From an uncultured Clostridia bacterium (lineage in GTDB: Bacteria; Bacillota; Clostridia; Christensenellales; Borkfalkiaceae), in assembly GCA_949282385.1 (NCBI GenBank), contig CASDOP010000004.1, forward strand, positions 47,744 through 111,743: DNA of 64,000 nt, written 5' to 3'. Both the position numbers and the translations under genes were made by a program. The notes beneath the pieces are model-generated. The model was not told where the DNA came from and searched no databases. It saw only the letters and a program-made list of their open reading frames with translations. Position 1 is the stretch's first letter; each line of letters starts with the position of its first letter. This document shows positions 8,743 to 17,299 of the stretch, in pieces.

Positions 8743-10389
8743 CTATTGATTTTCTTGCTGTTCGGCGCATAGCGCAGCCCCTTCGGGCTGTTTGCCCGCT
8801 ATTTCGTTGAGGCTGACCATGACCTCCTCCCTGTCCGAAGTTTCGCACTCGAAAACTATCGTCTGACCTGCGTGAAGCACGGTATTTCCGCCGGGGACAA
8901 CCACGTTGCCTTCCGCGTCCGTTACCGAAACGACGAGACCGTTGGACGGCCATATCATTTTGTTTATCTTTCCGCCATCGGCTAAAGAACCTTCCATAAT
9001 CTTTACCGTAGCTGTTATTTTTCTGTTTCTGGTGTTGAAACCTTCGTCCCTGACGAACTGGTTGAGAAGTCTTTCGTAGCCGGGTTCGAGACGGAACACT
9101 TCGGCTATGAGCGAAGCTATTACCGTGCCAAGAAGGGCGGGCAGAAGATTTGTGAACTGACCCGTAAGCTCGAACACGAGCGCAATGCCCGTTATCGGCG
9201 CGCGCACGAAAGTTGTGAAGAATACCGACATGCAGACGATTATGAGGTAGTCGCTGTCGGCGGGGTTCATGCCCGCCTGCACAAAGAGTACGGAAAGTAT
9301 CGCGCCGAAGCCCGCGCCCACGGCAAGCATGGGGACGAATACGCCGCAGGGTACGCCGCAGCTCATGTAAAGCACCATGGAAATAAAGCGCAGAGCGACG
9401 ATTATTATGAGAGAGACGAGCAAACCTGCGCCCCAGACGGAAAGTCCCTCCATCGCTCCGCCCGAAGAGCCGAGCGAAACTATAAAGGAATGTCCGCCGC
9501 CCATTGCATAGACGGTAATAAGTCCGAACGCGCCCGAAAGCAGGAAAGGAATGAGATATTTGCCCGTTCCGCGCCAGAATTTTATCTTTTTGAAGAGTTT
9601 TTTCGCCGCGAATACGAGGTAATAGAACGCCACGGCGAAGAGCGCCACGATTATTGCCGCGAGAGCCATGTAGCCGTAACCCGCGATGTCCGTTTCGCCG
9701 AAGGTGAAACCTTCGAAGGCATAGCCGACTTTAAGTCCAAGCGAATACCTTATGCCGTTGCGCACGCCGAGAGCGGTTATTACCGACACCGCCGCGCTTA
9801 TGAATACCTGGGGGGAAAACGACTTGAACGCCTCCTCCATAGCAAAGACCATGCCCGTTACGGGGGCGTTGAACGCCACGGCAAAACCTGCCGAAGCGCC
9901 GCCCGCAACCTGCAGCCTTCTTATCATGTATGAACGGCGAAGCACTCTGCCCGTACCCTCGCCGACGCAGCAGCCTATCTCCACGGAAGGACCTTCGCTG
10001 CCCGCGGCAAGTCCCATAAACACGCACGCGAGCGACGCGGCGAACATGGAACAGAGCGTAACATACCACTTGAAAATTACTTTGCCGCGGCATGCGCCCT
10101 CCGCCTGGGGAAGTCCGCTTCCGCGTATCATGGGTACAAATCTGACCAGCGTGCCGATAACTATCGCACCCGCCGCAAGTCCGACGAAAAGCAGGGGAAT
10201 AAATGCGGGATATTCCAGAAGCAATTTGTATAATTCCACAGAATATTCTTCGCCGTAACCCGTGCTGATTGTATAAAAGGTTACTATCACGCCCGCAAAC
10301 AGACCGGTAACCACCGACAGCAGAATTACATTCAATCCGTAATATCTGAACGCTTTAAGCGCCCTCGAATAAGTCTTTTTGTTAATCAT
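8743..10389 (-). CDS. ClC-family chloride channel / H+-Cl- antiporter with C-terminal TrkA-C (RCK_C) domain
   Basis: 548 aa. Selectivity-filter motifs GSGLPQ, GSEGPSVEIG and GVFVP. The soluble tail VKIMEGSLADGGKINKMIWPSNGLVVSV...LHAGQTIVFECE is typical of TrkA-C. Confidence 0.88.
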   Translation of the reverse strand: MINKKTYSRALKAFRYYGLNVILLSVVTGLFAGVIVTFYTISTGYGEEYSVELYKLLLEYPAFIPLLFVGLAAGAIVIGTLVRFVPMIRGSGLPQAEGACRGKVIFKWYVTLCSMFAASLACVFMGLAAGSEGPSVEIGCCVGEGTGRVLRRSYMIRRLQVAGGASAGFAVAFNAPVTGMVFAMEEAFKSFSPQVFISAAVSVITALGVRNGIRYSLGLKVGYAFEGFTFGETDIAGYGYMALAAIIVALFAVAFYYLVFAAKKLFKKIKFWRGTGKYLIPFLLSGAFGLITVYAMGGGHSFIVSLGSSGGAMEGLSVWGAGLLVSLIIIVALRFISMVLYMSCGVPCGVFVPMLAVGAGFGAILSVLFVQAGMNPADSDYLIIVCMSVFFTTFVRAPITGIALVFELTGQFTNLLPALLGTVIASLIAEVFRLEPGYERLLNQFVRDEGFNTRNRKITATVKIMEGSLADGGKINKMIWPSNGLVVSVTDAEGNVVVPGGNTVLHAGQTIVFECETSDREEVMVSLNEIAGKQPEGAALCAEQQENQ

Positions 10390-10438
10390 AATTCAGTATT
10401 ATATTCTCGCGATAAGGCAATGTCAAACCGCTTTGTCG

Positions 10439-11323
10439 TTACACATTATAAATTTTTTCATAAATGTGCCGCGCATATGCGCTTGCGACGTTAACGCCGG
10501 CAACCTTTTCTATGCCGCCGAAAAACGCGTTGGAATTGACCTCGCAAACGAGGTAGCCCTCCTCGCCGAGCAGCACGTCTATGCCGCAGTAGTCAAGCCC
10601 GAGCGCCTCCGCCGTCCGCACGCAAAGCGAACAAAGCTCCTCGTCCGCCAGGTAGGGCGAACCGCTTCCGCCCAGCTCTATGTTGGAACGGAAATCGCTG
10701 TCCGACGAACGCAGCATGGCGGCGACGACCTTTCCGCCGATGACTATAACCCTTACGTCCCTGCCCGCGCTGGCGGCGACGAAACGCTGAAAAAGATGGG
10801 GCGTACACTTGAGCTGACGCGCTACGGAAAGAAGCGCAGAATAATCGTCTGCCTTGAAAACGCCGCTTCCCAGCGAACCGTAACTCGACTTGACGATTAA
10901 AGGATAGCCCAGCTCGCCCGCAACGAAGCGCAGAGCGTCTTGGTTGACGTCCTCCTGCGGGTCGTAGCAGAGAAGTCCGGCAAAAGTGCGCGGCATGGCA
11001 ATTCCCCTTCCCGAAAGCGCGATCGAAGTGAGCATTTTATCGTCGCAGAGCTGTATTGCTTTGTGGCGGTTGAACAGCCTCATGCCGCTCTTTTCGAGCA
11101 TGGCGGATATATATTTATCCTTGTCGAGGTAAACGCAGAAGTCGTACTCTTGCGCTCGCGAACAAAGTCCGCCGCCCTCTTCTATTGCGCAGGCGAAAAA
11201 GTCGTTGCGCTTTACCTCCGCCCGCACGCCAAGTTTTTTGAATTCTTCCGCCAGCCTCGCCGACTGATTTAAACTGCTTTTAAGCCGCGAATAGGCATTG
11301 ACGAGTATAAGACACTTTTTCAT
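10439..11323 (-). CDS. RimK-family ATP-grasp ligase (alpha-L-glutamate ligase-like)
   Basis: YPLIVKSSYGSLGSGV, GRDVRVIVIGGKVVAAM, SDFRSNIELGG and CGIDVL...VCEVNSN are RimK-type ATP-grasp blocks. The start is taken at the ATG at 11323 (MKKCLILVNAY). The track ORF extends to 11371, through the predicted promoter. Confidence 0.78.
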   Translation of the reverse strand: MKKCLILVNAYSRLKSSLNQSARLAEEFKKLGVRAEVKRNDFFACAIEEGGGLCSRAQEYDFCVYLDKDKYISAMLEKSGMRLFNRHKAIQLCDDKMLTSIALSGRGIAMPRTFAGLLCYDPQEDVNQDALRFVAGELGYPLIVKSSYGSLGSGVFKADDYSALLSVARQLKCTPHLFQRFVAASAGRDVRVIVIGGKVVAAMLRSSDSDFRSNIELGGSGSPYLADEELCSLCVRTAEALGLDYCGIDVLLGEEGYLVCEVNSNAFFGGIEKVAGVNVASAYARHIYEKIYNV

Positions 11324-11329
11324 AGCCGC

Positions 11330-11358
11330 ATTATACCAAAGCCGCGCTGAAATTGCAA
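11330..11358 (-). promoter_or_regulatory. sigma-A promoter TTGCAA-N17-(TGg)TATAAT only 6 nt from the ATG of the RimK-like gene
   Basis: Minus strand: TTGCAA (11358-11353), 17-nt spacer ending in TGG, TATAAT (11335-11330), gcggct, ATG (11323). Confidence 0.5.
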
Positions 11359-11466
11359 GAAAAGCCGACATACGCGCCTTTTACTTTATTTAAATTGCGC
11401 CTACCGCCGTACCTTTAAATTAGCAAAACCTTTTTGAATTTGAGCGTCATGGAATTTTTAATGAAA

Positions 11467-11492
11467 GGGGCGCCCGCTTGCGCGGACGCCCC
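11467..11492 (-). terminator. rho-independent terminator after the amt::PII gene
   Basis: Minus strand GGGGCGTCCGCG-CA-AGCGGGCGCCCC followed by TTTCATTAAAAATT. It lies 45 nt after the stop at 11538. Confidence 0.7.
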
Positions 11493-11537
11493 TTCCAAAG
11501 TATCTATGAGAGAGCAGGATGTGCAATTTTAAGTAAA

Positions 11538-13331
11538 TTATTTTACGCTGTTGTCGAGAGCGGCAACGCCCGTTTCGCCCGTTCTTACCCTCATGACGTT
11601 TTCGACGTCGGTAACGAAAATCTTGCCCGCGCCGACCTTGCCGTCGTCGAGTACTTTCTTGGCAACCGCCACAACCAGCTTGGGATCTACCGTGGATACC
11701 ACTATATCAACCTGAACCTTGGGAAGAAGGTGCATAGTCGTCTTAACGCCGCGGTACTGACCCGTCTTGCCTGCCTGAACGCCGCAGCCCATTACGTTGG
11801 ACACCGTCATGCCTGTTACGCCGATCTGAGCCATTGCGTCCTTGAGCATGAGGAATTTATCCTGATTTGCAATTATAGTAACCTTGGTATACTTGCCTGC
11901 GGCAGCCTTTGCGCCCAGCTCTATGTCTGCGGGAGCGACATCCGAAACATCCACTTCGGGAGCTTCGCCGTCGTAGGAAGGTATGGTGGGCATAAAGTCT
12001 GCATATGCCGAAGGAAGCGCGTGTTCGGAGATGTCGAGACCGTTGATTTCGTCCTCTGCCGAGCAGCGAAGTCCGTTCCAGTTGTTTTCCTTAGCGACCT
12101 TTACTGCCTTTATGGGACCGCAACGGAACTTAATCATTACGGGAACATACTTTATGCAGAAGAACACAACCGTCATGCAAGCAATAGTCCAGGCAAGTAT
12201 TGTAAGAATGCCTGCCGCCTGCCAGCCGAGAAGAGTGCCGTTGCCGCCGTAGAACACGCCGAGTTCATCGGGGTTGGTCAGCTTGCCGACAGCGCCATCC
12301 TGATAGTTAGCGGTTGCAAAGAAACCTACCGCGAGAGTACCCCATATGCCGTTTGCAAAGTGAACGCCGATTGCGCCGACGGGGTCGTCGATATGAAGCT
12401 TTTTATCAATGAATTCGCAAACTACAACGACGAGTATGCCCGAGACAATGCCGATTACAAATGCGCCGAGAGCGTCTACGATGTAGCAGCCTGCCGTAAT
12501 TCCCACAAGCCCCGCGAGCGAAGCGTTGAGGCACATGCCCACATCGGGTTTGCCGTTCTTGACCCAGGTATAAATCATAGCCGCACAGGTTGCGACGGCG
12601 GGTGCTATTGTTGTGTTGACGAATATTACCGCAAGCGAAGTTTCGGTATTTGCAGCCGCGCCGTTGAAGCCGTACCAGCCGAACCAGAGAATGAAGCAGC
12701 CGAGCGCGCCGAGGGTTATGGAATGTCCCTGAATGGCGTTTACCTTTACCACTTTACCCTTTTCGTCGCGCTCATACTTGCCGATGCGCGCGCCGAGGAA
12801 GATAGCGCCGATAAGAGCCGCCGTACCGCCGACGGTATGTATTGCGGCAGAACCTGCAAAGTCGATAAATCCGTTCGCCGTCAGCCATGCGTTTTCGCCA
12901 AGTCCCCATACCCAGCCCGCTTCGATGGGATATACCACGAGGGAAATCAGAGCCGAATATACGCAGTAAGCGATAAATCTCGTTCTTTCAGCCATGGCGC
13001 CCGAAACTATCGTTGCGGCGGTGGCGCAGAACACGAGGTTGAACACGAACGAGCTTGCAAGCCCGTTTTCGTTTGTTACAAAAGCGTTCCAGTTAGTCAG
13101 AATGTCGAGATTGGGCACGCCGCAGAAACCCGCCGCGCTGTCTATGCCCACCAAAAGTCCGAACCCCAGGAAAATAAACACGACCGTGCCTATGCAGAAG
13201 TCGATAAGGTTCTTCATTATGATGTTTCCGGCACTCTTGGCTCTCGTGAAACCTGTTTCTACCATTGCGAAGCCCGCCTGCATGAAGAAGACGAACGCCG
13301 CGCCTATGAGAAACCAGATAGTAAAACTCAT
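11538..13331 (-). CDS. ammonium transporter (Amt) fused to a C-terminal PII (GlnK/GlnB-like) domain
   Basis: 597 aa. N-terminal about 410 aa have Amt motifs (FMQAGFAMVETG, IDFAGSAAIHTVGG). After a linker of about 75 aa, the last about 115 aa align by eye with PII (TKVTIIANQDKF..IGVTGMTVSNVMGCGVQAGKTGQYRGVKT...LPKVQVDIVV...GAGKIFVTDVENVMRVRTGETG). GGAGG RBS at 13338-13342. Confidence 0.88.
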   Translation of the reverse strand: MSFTIWFLIGAAFVFFMQAGFAMVETGFTRAKSAGNIIMKNLIDFCIGTVVFIFLGFGLLVGIDSAAGFCGVPNLDILTNWNAFVTNENGLASSFVFNLVFCATAATIVSGAMAERTRFIAYCVYSALISLVVYPIEAGWVWGLGENAWLTANGFIDFAGSAAIHTVGGTAALIGAIFLGARIGKYERDEKGKVVKVNAIQGHSITLGALGCFILWFGWYGFNGAAANTETSLAVIFVNTTIAPAVATCAAMIYTWVKNGKPDVGMCLNASLAGLVGITAGCYIVDALGAFVIGIVSGILVVVVCEFIDKKLHIDDPVGAIGVHFANGIWGTLAVGFFATANYQDGAVGKLTNPDELGVFYGGNGTLLGWQAAGILTILAWTIACMTVVFFCIKYVPVMIKFRCGPIKAVKVAKENNWNGLRCSAEDEINGLDISEHALPSAYADFMPTIPSYDGEAPEVDVSDVAPADIELGAKAAAGKYTKVTIIANQDKFLMLKDAMAQIGVTGMTVSNVMGCGVQAGKTGQYRGVKTTMHLLPKVQVDIVVSTVDPKLVVAVAKKVLDDGKVGAGKIFVTDVENVMRVRTGETGVAALDNSVK

Positions 13332-13429
13332 AATAAGCCTCCAATATTAAATTGAAAAAATTTAATCAAAAAACGGCCTATTTTTTGAATTGACGCTTCT
13401 TTGACCTCGTCGGTCGGCGAAGTGATGCG

Positions 13430-13480
13430 CGAACGGGGAATTTCACCCCGTTCGTCTGTCCGCTTTAAGGGCGCGGACAG
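13430..13480 (-). promoter_or_regulatory. two abutting GC-rich stem-loops in the glnN-amt intercistronic region
   Basis: Minus strand CUGUCCGC-GCCCUUAAA-GCGGACAG (13480-13456), one nt, then CGAACGGGG-UGAAAUU-CCCCGUUCG (13454-13430). Neither is followed by a U tract. Confidence 0.35.
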
Positions 13481-13540
13481 CCCGTGAGCTTTATATTATT
13501 TATGCGCGGCATTTTCCTGCCATGCACAAGTTATGCGTTA

Positions 13541-15622
13541 TTATTTTACGCTGTAGAGCAAATCGTAGTATGTGGGGAAAGGCCAATAGTCGGAAGAAGT
13601 TATCCTTTCCATAGCGTCAATGGATTTGCGCATTTCTTCCATGATGGGAATGACTTTATGCGCCATAGCCTGCGACGAAGGAATGATTTCTTCGGGCACG
13701 ATTTTATCGAGCGTTTCTTCCAGCCTTACCACGAGCGAAGAGAGCTTGTCGTTGTGTTCCGAAAGTTTTAAAATGAGATCCTTTTCGGTGTTGCAGGGAA
13801 TGCTGTCGTTGACTGCCTGCTTTGCTGCTACGTTCGTGCAGAGGTCTGCCACATAGTCGGAAACCGCGGGAGTGATGTCCTGTTTTACCATCTCGAGCAG
13901 CGTGAGCGCTTCGATATTGATAATCTTGGTGTAATTTTCAAGCTGAATGTCTGCGCGGGCGATAGCTTCCGCCTTTGTATATACGCCCTGTCTGACAAAT
14001 ACCTGAATGTTTTTGTCCTCGAAGCATACGGGTACGGCGTCCGCCGTCGTCTTGTTGTTGAGAAGTCCCCTTCTCGCAGCTTCGGGCTCCCATTCGGGAC
14101 CGTAACCGTCGAGGTTGAATATAATTCTGTAATGCGCCTTGAGTTCGCGCTGAATGAGCTTTGCGCAAGCCGCCTCTAAATCTTTTGCGCCCTCGAGTTC
14201 GTCAGCGAACTGTTCGAAAGCGTCTGCGACAATAGTATTGAGAACGATGTTGGGGTCGGAGACGTTAGCCTGCGAACCGAGCATGCGGAACTCGAATTTA
14301 TTGCCCGTGAATGCGAAGGGCGAAGTTCTGTTTCTGTCCGTCGCGTCCTTGGGGAAGATGGGCGATTCGGGAACGCCTATCGAGCCTTCGAGCGATACCT
14401 TATGCACATAATTTTCGCCCTTGACTATGGCGTCTACGAGCGCGCCTATCTGGTCGCCGAGATAGATGGAAATTATTGCGGGAGGAGCTTCGTTAGCGCC
14501 CAATCTGTGGTCGTTTGCCGCAGATGCCACCGACGCCCTGAGAATGCCCTGATAATCGTCTACGGCTTTGACTATTGCCGTGAGAACGAGCTTGAACAGA
14601 GTGTTGTTTTCAGGCTCTGAGCCGGGGTCGAGAAGGTTGAGACCGTCGTCCGTCGACATCGACCAGTTGTTGTGCTTGCCCGAACCGTTTATGCCCTCGA
14701 AAGGCTTTTCGTGAAGCAGGCAGACAAGCCCGTGGCGCTTTGCAACCTTCTTCATGATTTCCATCGTCAGCATGTTCATGTCTACCGCCACGTTCGTCGT
14801 GGAGAATACGGGAGCCATCTCGTGCTGAGCGGGAGCGACTTCGTTGTGCTTTGTCTTGGAGGGAATGCCGTAAGACCAAAGCTCTTTGTCGAGGTCAGCC
14901 ATGAATTCGGCAATCTTGGGTTTGAGTACGCCGAAATAGTGGTCTTCAAGCTCCTGTCCGCGGCTTACGGGAGCGCCGAAAAGCGTTCTGCCGCACAGCC
15001 TTAAGTCCTTTCTCTTTTCATATTCCTCTTCGGAAATGATGAAATATTCCTGCTCAGGTCCTACGGTTGTGGAAACCTTTTTGCAGGTCTTGCCGAAGAG
15101 TGCGAGAACTCTTTTTGCCTGCTTGTCGATGGCGTTCATCGAACGGAGCAGAGGCGACTTTTTATCGAGCGTTTCGCCCGTGTAGGATACGAATACCGTG
15201 GGGATATACAGCGTTCCTTCCTTCACGAATGCGGGGGACGTGGGGTCCCAAGCCGTGTATCCGCGAGCCATGAACGTTGCCCTCGAACCGCCCGAAGGGA
15301 AGCTCGACGCGTCGGGTTCGCCGACGATTAAGCTCTTGCCCGTCAGACGCATTATAACTTTATCGCCCTCGGGTTCGATGAAGCTGTCGTGCTTTTCTGC
15401 GGTCAGTCCCGTGAGGGGCTGGAACCAGTGAGTATAGTGCGTTGCGCCCTTGGATACCGCCCAGTCCTTCATGGCTGCGGCAACAGCGCCGGCTATCGAT
15501 ACGTCGAGCTGCTTGCCCGACTCGATCGTCGCCCTCAGCGCCTTGTATACTTCCTTGGGCAACGTCTCTTTCTGGACGGCGTCGTTGAATACGTTTTCAC
15601 CGAACATTTGAGGTACATTCAT
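13541..15622 (-). CDS. glnN: glutamine synthetase, type III
   Basis: 693 aa, the length class of GSIII. N-terminus MFGENVFND...[15 protein letters not shown] and central [14 protein letters not shown] are typical of GlnN. GGAG RBS is present. Confidence 0.9.
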   Translation of the reverse strand: MNVPQMFGENVFNDAVQKETLPKEVYKALRATIESGKQLDVSIAGAVAAAMKDWAVSKGATHYTHWFQPLTGLTAEKHDSFIEPEGDKVIMRLTGKSLIVGEPDASSFPSGGSRATFMARGYTAWDPTSPAFVKEGTLYIPTVFVSYTGETLDKKSPLLRSMNAIDKQAKRVLALFGKTCKKVSTTVGPEQEYFIISEEEYEKRKDLRLCGRTLFGAPVSRGQELEDHYFGVLKPKIAEFMADLDKELWSYGIPSKTKHNEVAPAQHEMAPVFSTTNVAVDMNMLTMEIMKKVAKRHGLVCLLHEKPFEGINGSGKHNNWSMSTDDGLNLLDPGSEPENNTLFKLVLTAIVKAVDDYQGILRASVASAANDHRLGANEAPPAIISIYLGDQIGALVDAIVKGENYVHKVSLEGSIGVPESPIFPKDATDRNRTSPFAFTGNKFEFRMLGSQANVSDPNIVLNTIVADAFEQFADELEGAKDLEAACAKLIQRELKAHYRIIFNLDGYGPEWEPEAARRGLLNNKTTADAVPVCFEDKNIQVFVRQGVYTKAEAIARADIQLENYTKIINIEALTLLEMVKQDITPAVSDYVADLCTNVAAKQAVNDSIPCNTEKDLILKLSEHNDKLSSLVVRLEETLDKIVPEEIIPSSQAMAHKVIPIMEEMRKSIDAMERITSSDYWPFPTYYDLLYSVK

Positions 15623-15741
15623 TGTCTTTCTACTCCTGAATTATTATATTTTTAAGCGGCTCTCTCACAGCTGCACTTAATTTGCTTTTTCGCTCAGCCT
15701 CATCCGCATGCCGCGGTTGCCTGAGCTGTTTTACGTTTTTG

Positions 15742-15770
15742 ATTATAAGATAAATATTTTAATAAGTCAA
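15742..15770 (-). promoter_or_regulatory. sigma-A promoter of glnN (TTGACT-N17-TATAAT)
   Basis: Minus strand: TTGACT (15770-15765), the 17-nt spacer tattaaaatatttatct, TATAAT (15747-15742). It has the same hexamers and the same TATTTATYY spacer end as the glt promoter. Confidence 0.65.
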
Positions 15771-15811
15771 TCGATAAACAACTCATCGTTTTTCACAACT
15801 TTTTATATGAA

Positions 15812-15830
15812 ATATAAGCTGAGCTTATAT
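15812..15830. promoter_or_regulatory. palindromic candidate operator ATATAAGC-TGA-GCTTATAT
   Basis: Perfect 8-bp arms with a 3-bp spacer. Its centre is 51 bp from the upstream edge of the glnN -35. Confidence 0.5.
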
Positions 15831-15864
15831 ATTTTTAATTTTTGAAAATAACTGACTTGCTTTG

Positions 15865-17175
15865 TTATTTTTGATCGCCTTCGGCTGGGTCGTCGAACTT
15901 TGCGGGCTTTATCAGGTGCGAATTTTTAATGTCGTTGCGCATATTTTCGGGGTCGTGAATTAAAAGTCCGCGCTGAACGGAGGCATAGCCGTGTTTTTTT
16001 CGGATTTCGTCCACCGCCCTCTCGGCGCGTTCGCGCTTTTTGTAATTGCCGTAAGCTTCGTCCATGGTTACCTGAGAAATGCCTCCGTCGAAGCCGGAAA
16101 CGGTAACGCCGAGCGAGCGTATGGCAAATGGTTCGCGGAAGTTTTGCTTAAACAGCGAAAAAGCCGCCGAAGCAATCTCGCCGCACAGCGCGGTGTGGCG
16201 CACTTTTTTCTGAAACTGAAAATTTTCCAGCGAGCCGTCGCGCACCCACAGATGCACGGTGTCGGCATAGCCCCTTTGCGACTGTCTGAGCCGCGCAGCG
16301 ACGCTTTCCGCAAGGACGTAAATATTGCGCTCCACTTGTCCGAGATAGTTAAGGTCGTAGGCATAAGTCTGCGAATTGCCGATAGATTTGAGCGTGCGGG
16401 CGTCGTCCATATGCGCGACTTCGCTCTCGTCCTGTCCGCGGGCGTAGGTTAAAAGGGTATGCCCGGGTTTGCCCAGCGCGCGCACTATTTTATCGTCGTT
16501 CGCCGCGGCGAGCGAACCTATCGTGGTTATGCCGAGCGAGCGCAGCTTTTCGCCCGTCGCTCTGCCGACCATGAGAAGGTCGCCGACGGGCAGACCGTAT
16601 ATTACATTTTTATAATTTCTCTGCGATATAACCGAAGTGCCGTCAGGCTTTTTTAGGTCTGAACCGAGTTTTGCAAAAATTTTGTTGAACGACACGCCCA
16701 CCGATACGGTAAGCCCCAGCTCCTCCTTGACCGCAAAGCGCACGGTATCGCCCAGAAAGCGCAGAAAGTCGTCGTCGAAGTTCTTGCCGTCCGAGGCGTA
16801 AACGCTGCCCTCATAGCGCGGAAAAACGGCGAGAGAAGCCGTTACGTCCAGCCAGCACTCGTCTATGCCGTAACTTTCAATGAGATCGGTATAGCGCGCA
16901 TAAATAGCCTTTACTTTGCGAGAATACTCCATATACTTGTCGAAGCGGGGCGGAACTATCACAATGTCGGGGCATTTGCGCTTTGCCTGCCAAATAGTAT
17001 CGCCCGTCTTTATGCCGCATTTCTTCGCCTCTTCGCTCTTGGCGAGCACTATGCCGTGCCGCTCTTCCTGACTGCCGCAGACGGCGAGAGGCACGCCCTT
17101 AAGTTCGGGATTTAAAATGCGTTCCACCGAGGCATAAAAATTATTGAGGTCGCTGTGCATGACTATGCGTTCCAT
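15865..17175 (-). CDS. dinB: Y-family DNA polymerase (Pol IV/DinB-like)
   Basis: 436 aa. HSDLNNFYASVE, GIDECWLDVT and a helix-hairpin-helix region (LPVGDLLMVGRATGEKLRSLGITTIG). Confidence 0.88.
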   Translation of the reverse strand: MERIVMHSDLNNFYASVERILNPELKGVPLAVCGSQEERHGIVLAKSEEAKKCGIKTGDTIWQAKRKCPDIVIVPPRFDKYMEYSRKVKAIYARYTDLIESYGIDECWLDVTASLAVFPRYEGSVYASDGKNFDDDFLRFLGDTVRFAVKEELGLTVSVGVSFNKIFAKLGSDLKKPDGTSVISQRNYKNVIYGLPVGDLLMVGRATGEKLRSLGITTIGSLAAANDDKIVRALGKPGHTLLTYARGQDESEVAHMDDARTLKSIGNSQTYAYDLNYLGQVERNIYVLAESVAARLRQSQRGYADTVHLWVRDGSLENFQFQKKVRHTALCGEIASAAFSLFKQNFREPFAIRSLGVTVSGFDGGISQVTMDEAYGNYKKRERAERAVDEIRKKHGYASVQRGLLIHDPENMRNDIKNSHLIKPAKFDDPAEGDQK

Positions 17176-17221
17176 ACATACAGTTTACCACATATTCCCC
17201 CCTTTATCAAGACAAAAACAA

Positions 17222-17268
17222 GCCCCCGTTCCGCGGAAAAGTTTTCTCTCTTCCTGCAGAACGGGGGT
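17222..17268 (-). terminator. terminator-like hairpin after the large surface protein gene
   Basis: CCCCCGTTC (17223-17231) pairs with GAACGGGGG (17259-17267). The loop is unusually large at 27 nt. On the minus strand it is followed by CTTGTTTTTGTC. Confidence 0.5.
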
Positions 17269-17299
17269 TGACGTTTAATTTACTTTATTTTCTTAACTA

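Noticed and set aside
13430-13480. Considered whether the twin hairpins are an ANTAR-type (NasR/AmiR/NitR) antiterminator target or a glutamine riboswitch.
   Set aside because: ANTAR targets have two hexaloops with conserved A1/G4, but here the loops are 9 and 7 nt. The conserved glnA-RNA motif blocks (CGUUC...GGAAGUAGG...GAAGGAACGC) are absent. I keep these only as an unclassified structure.
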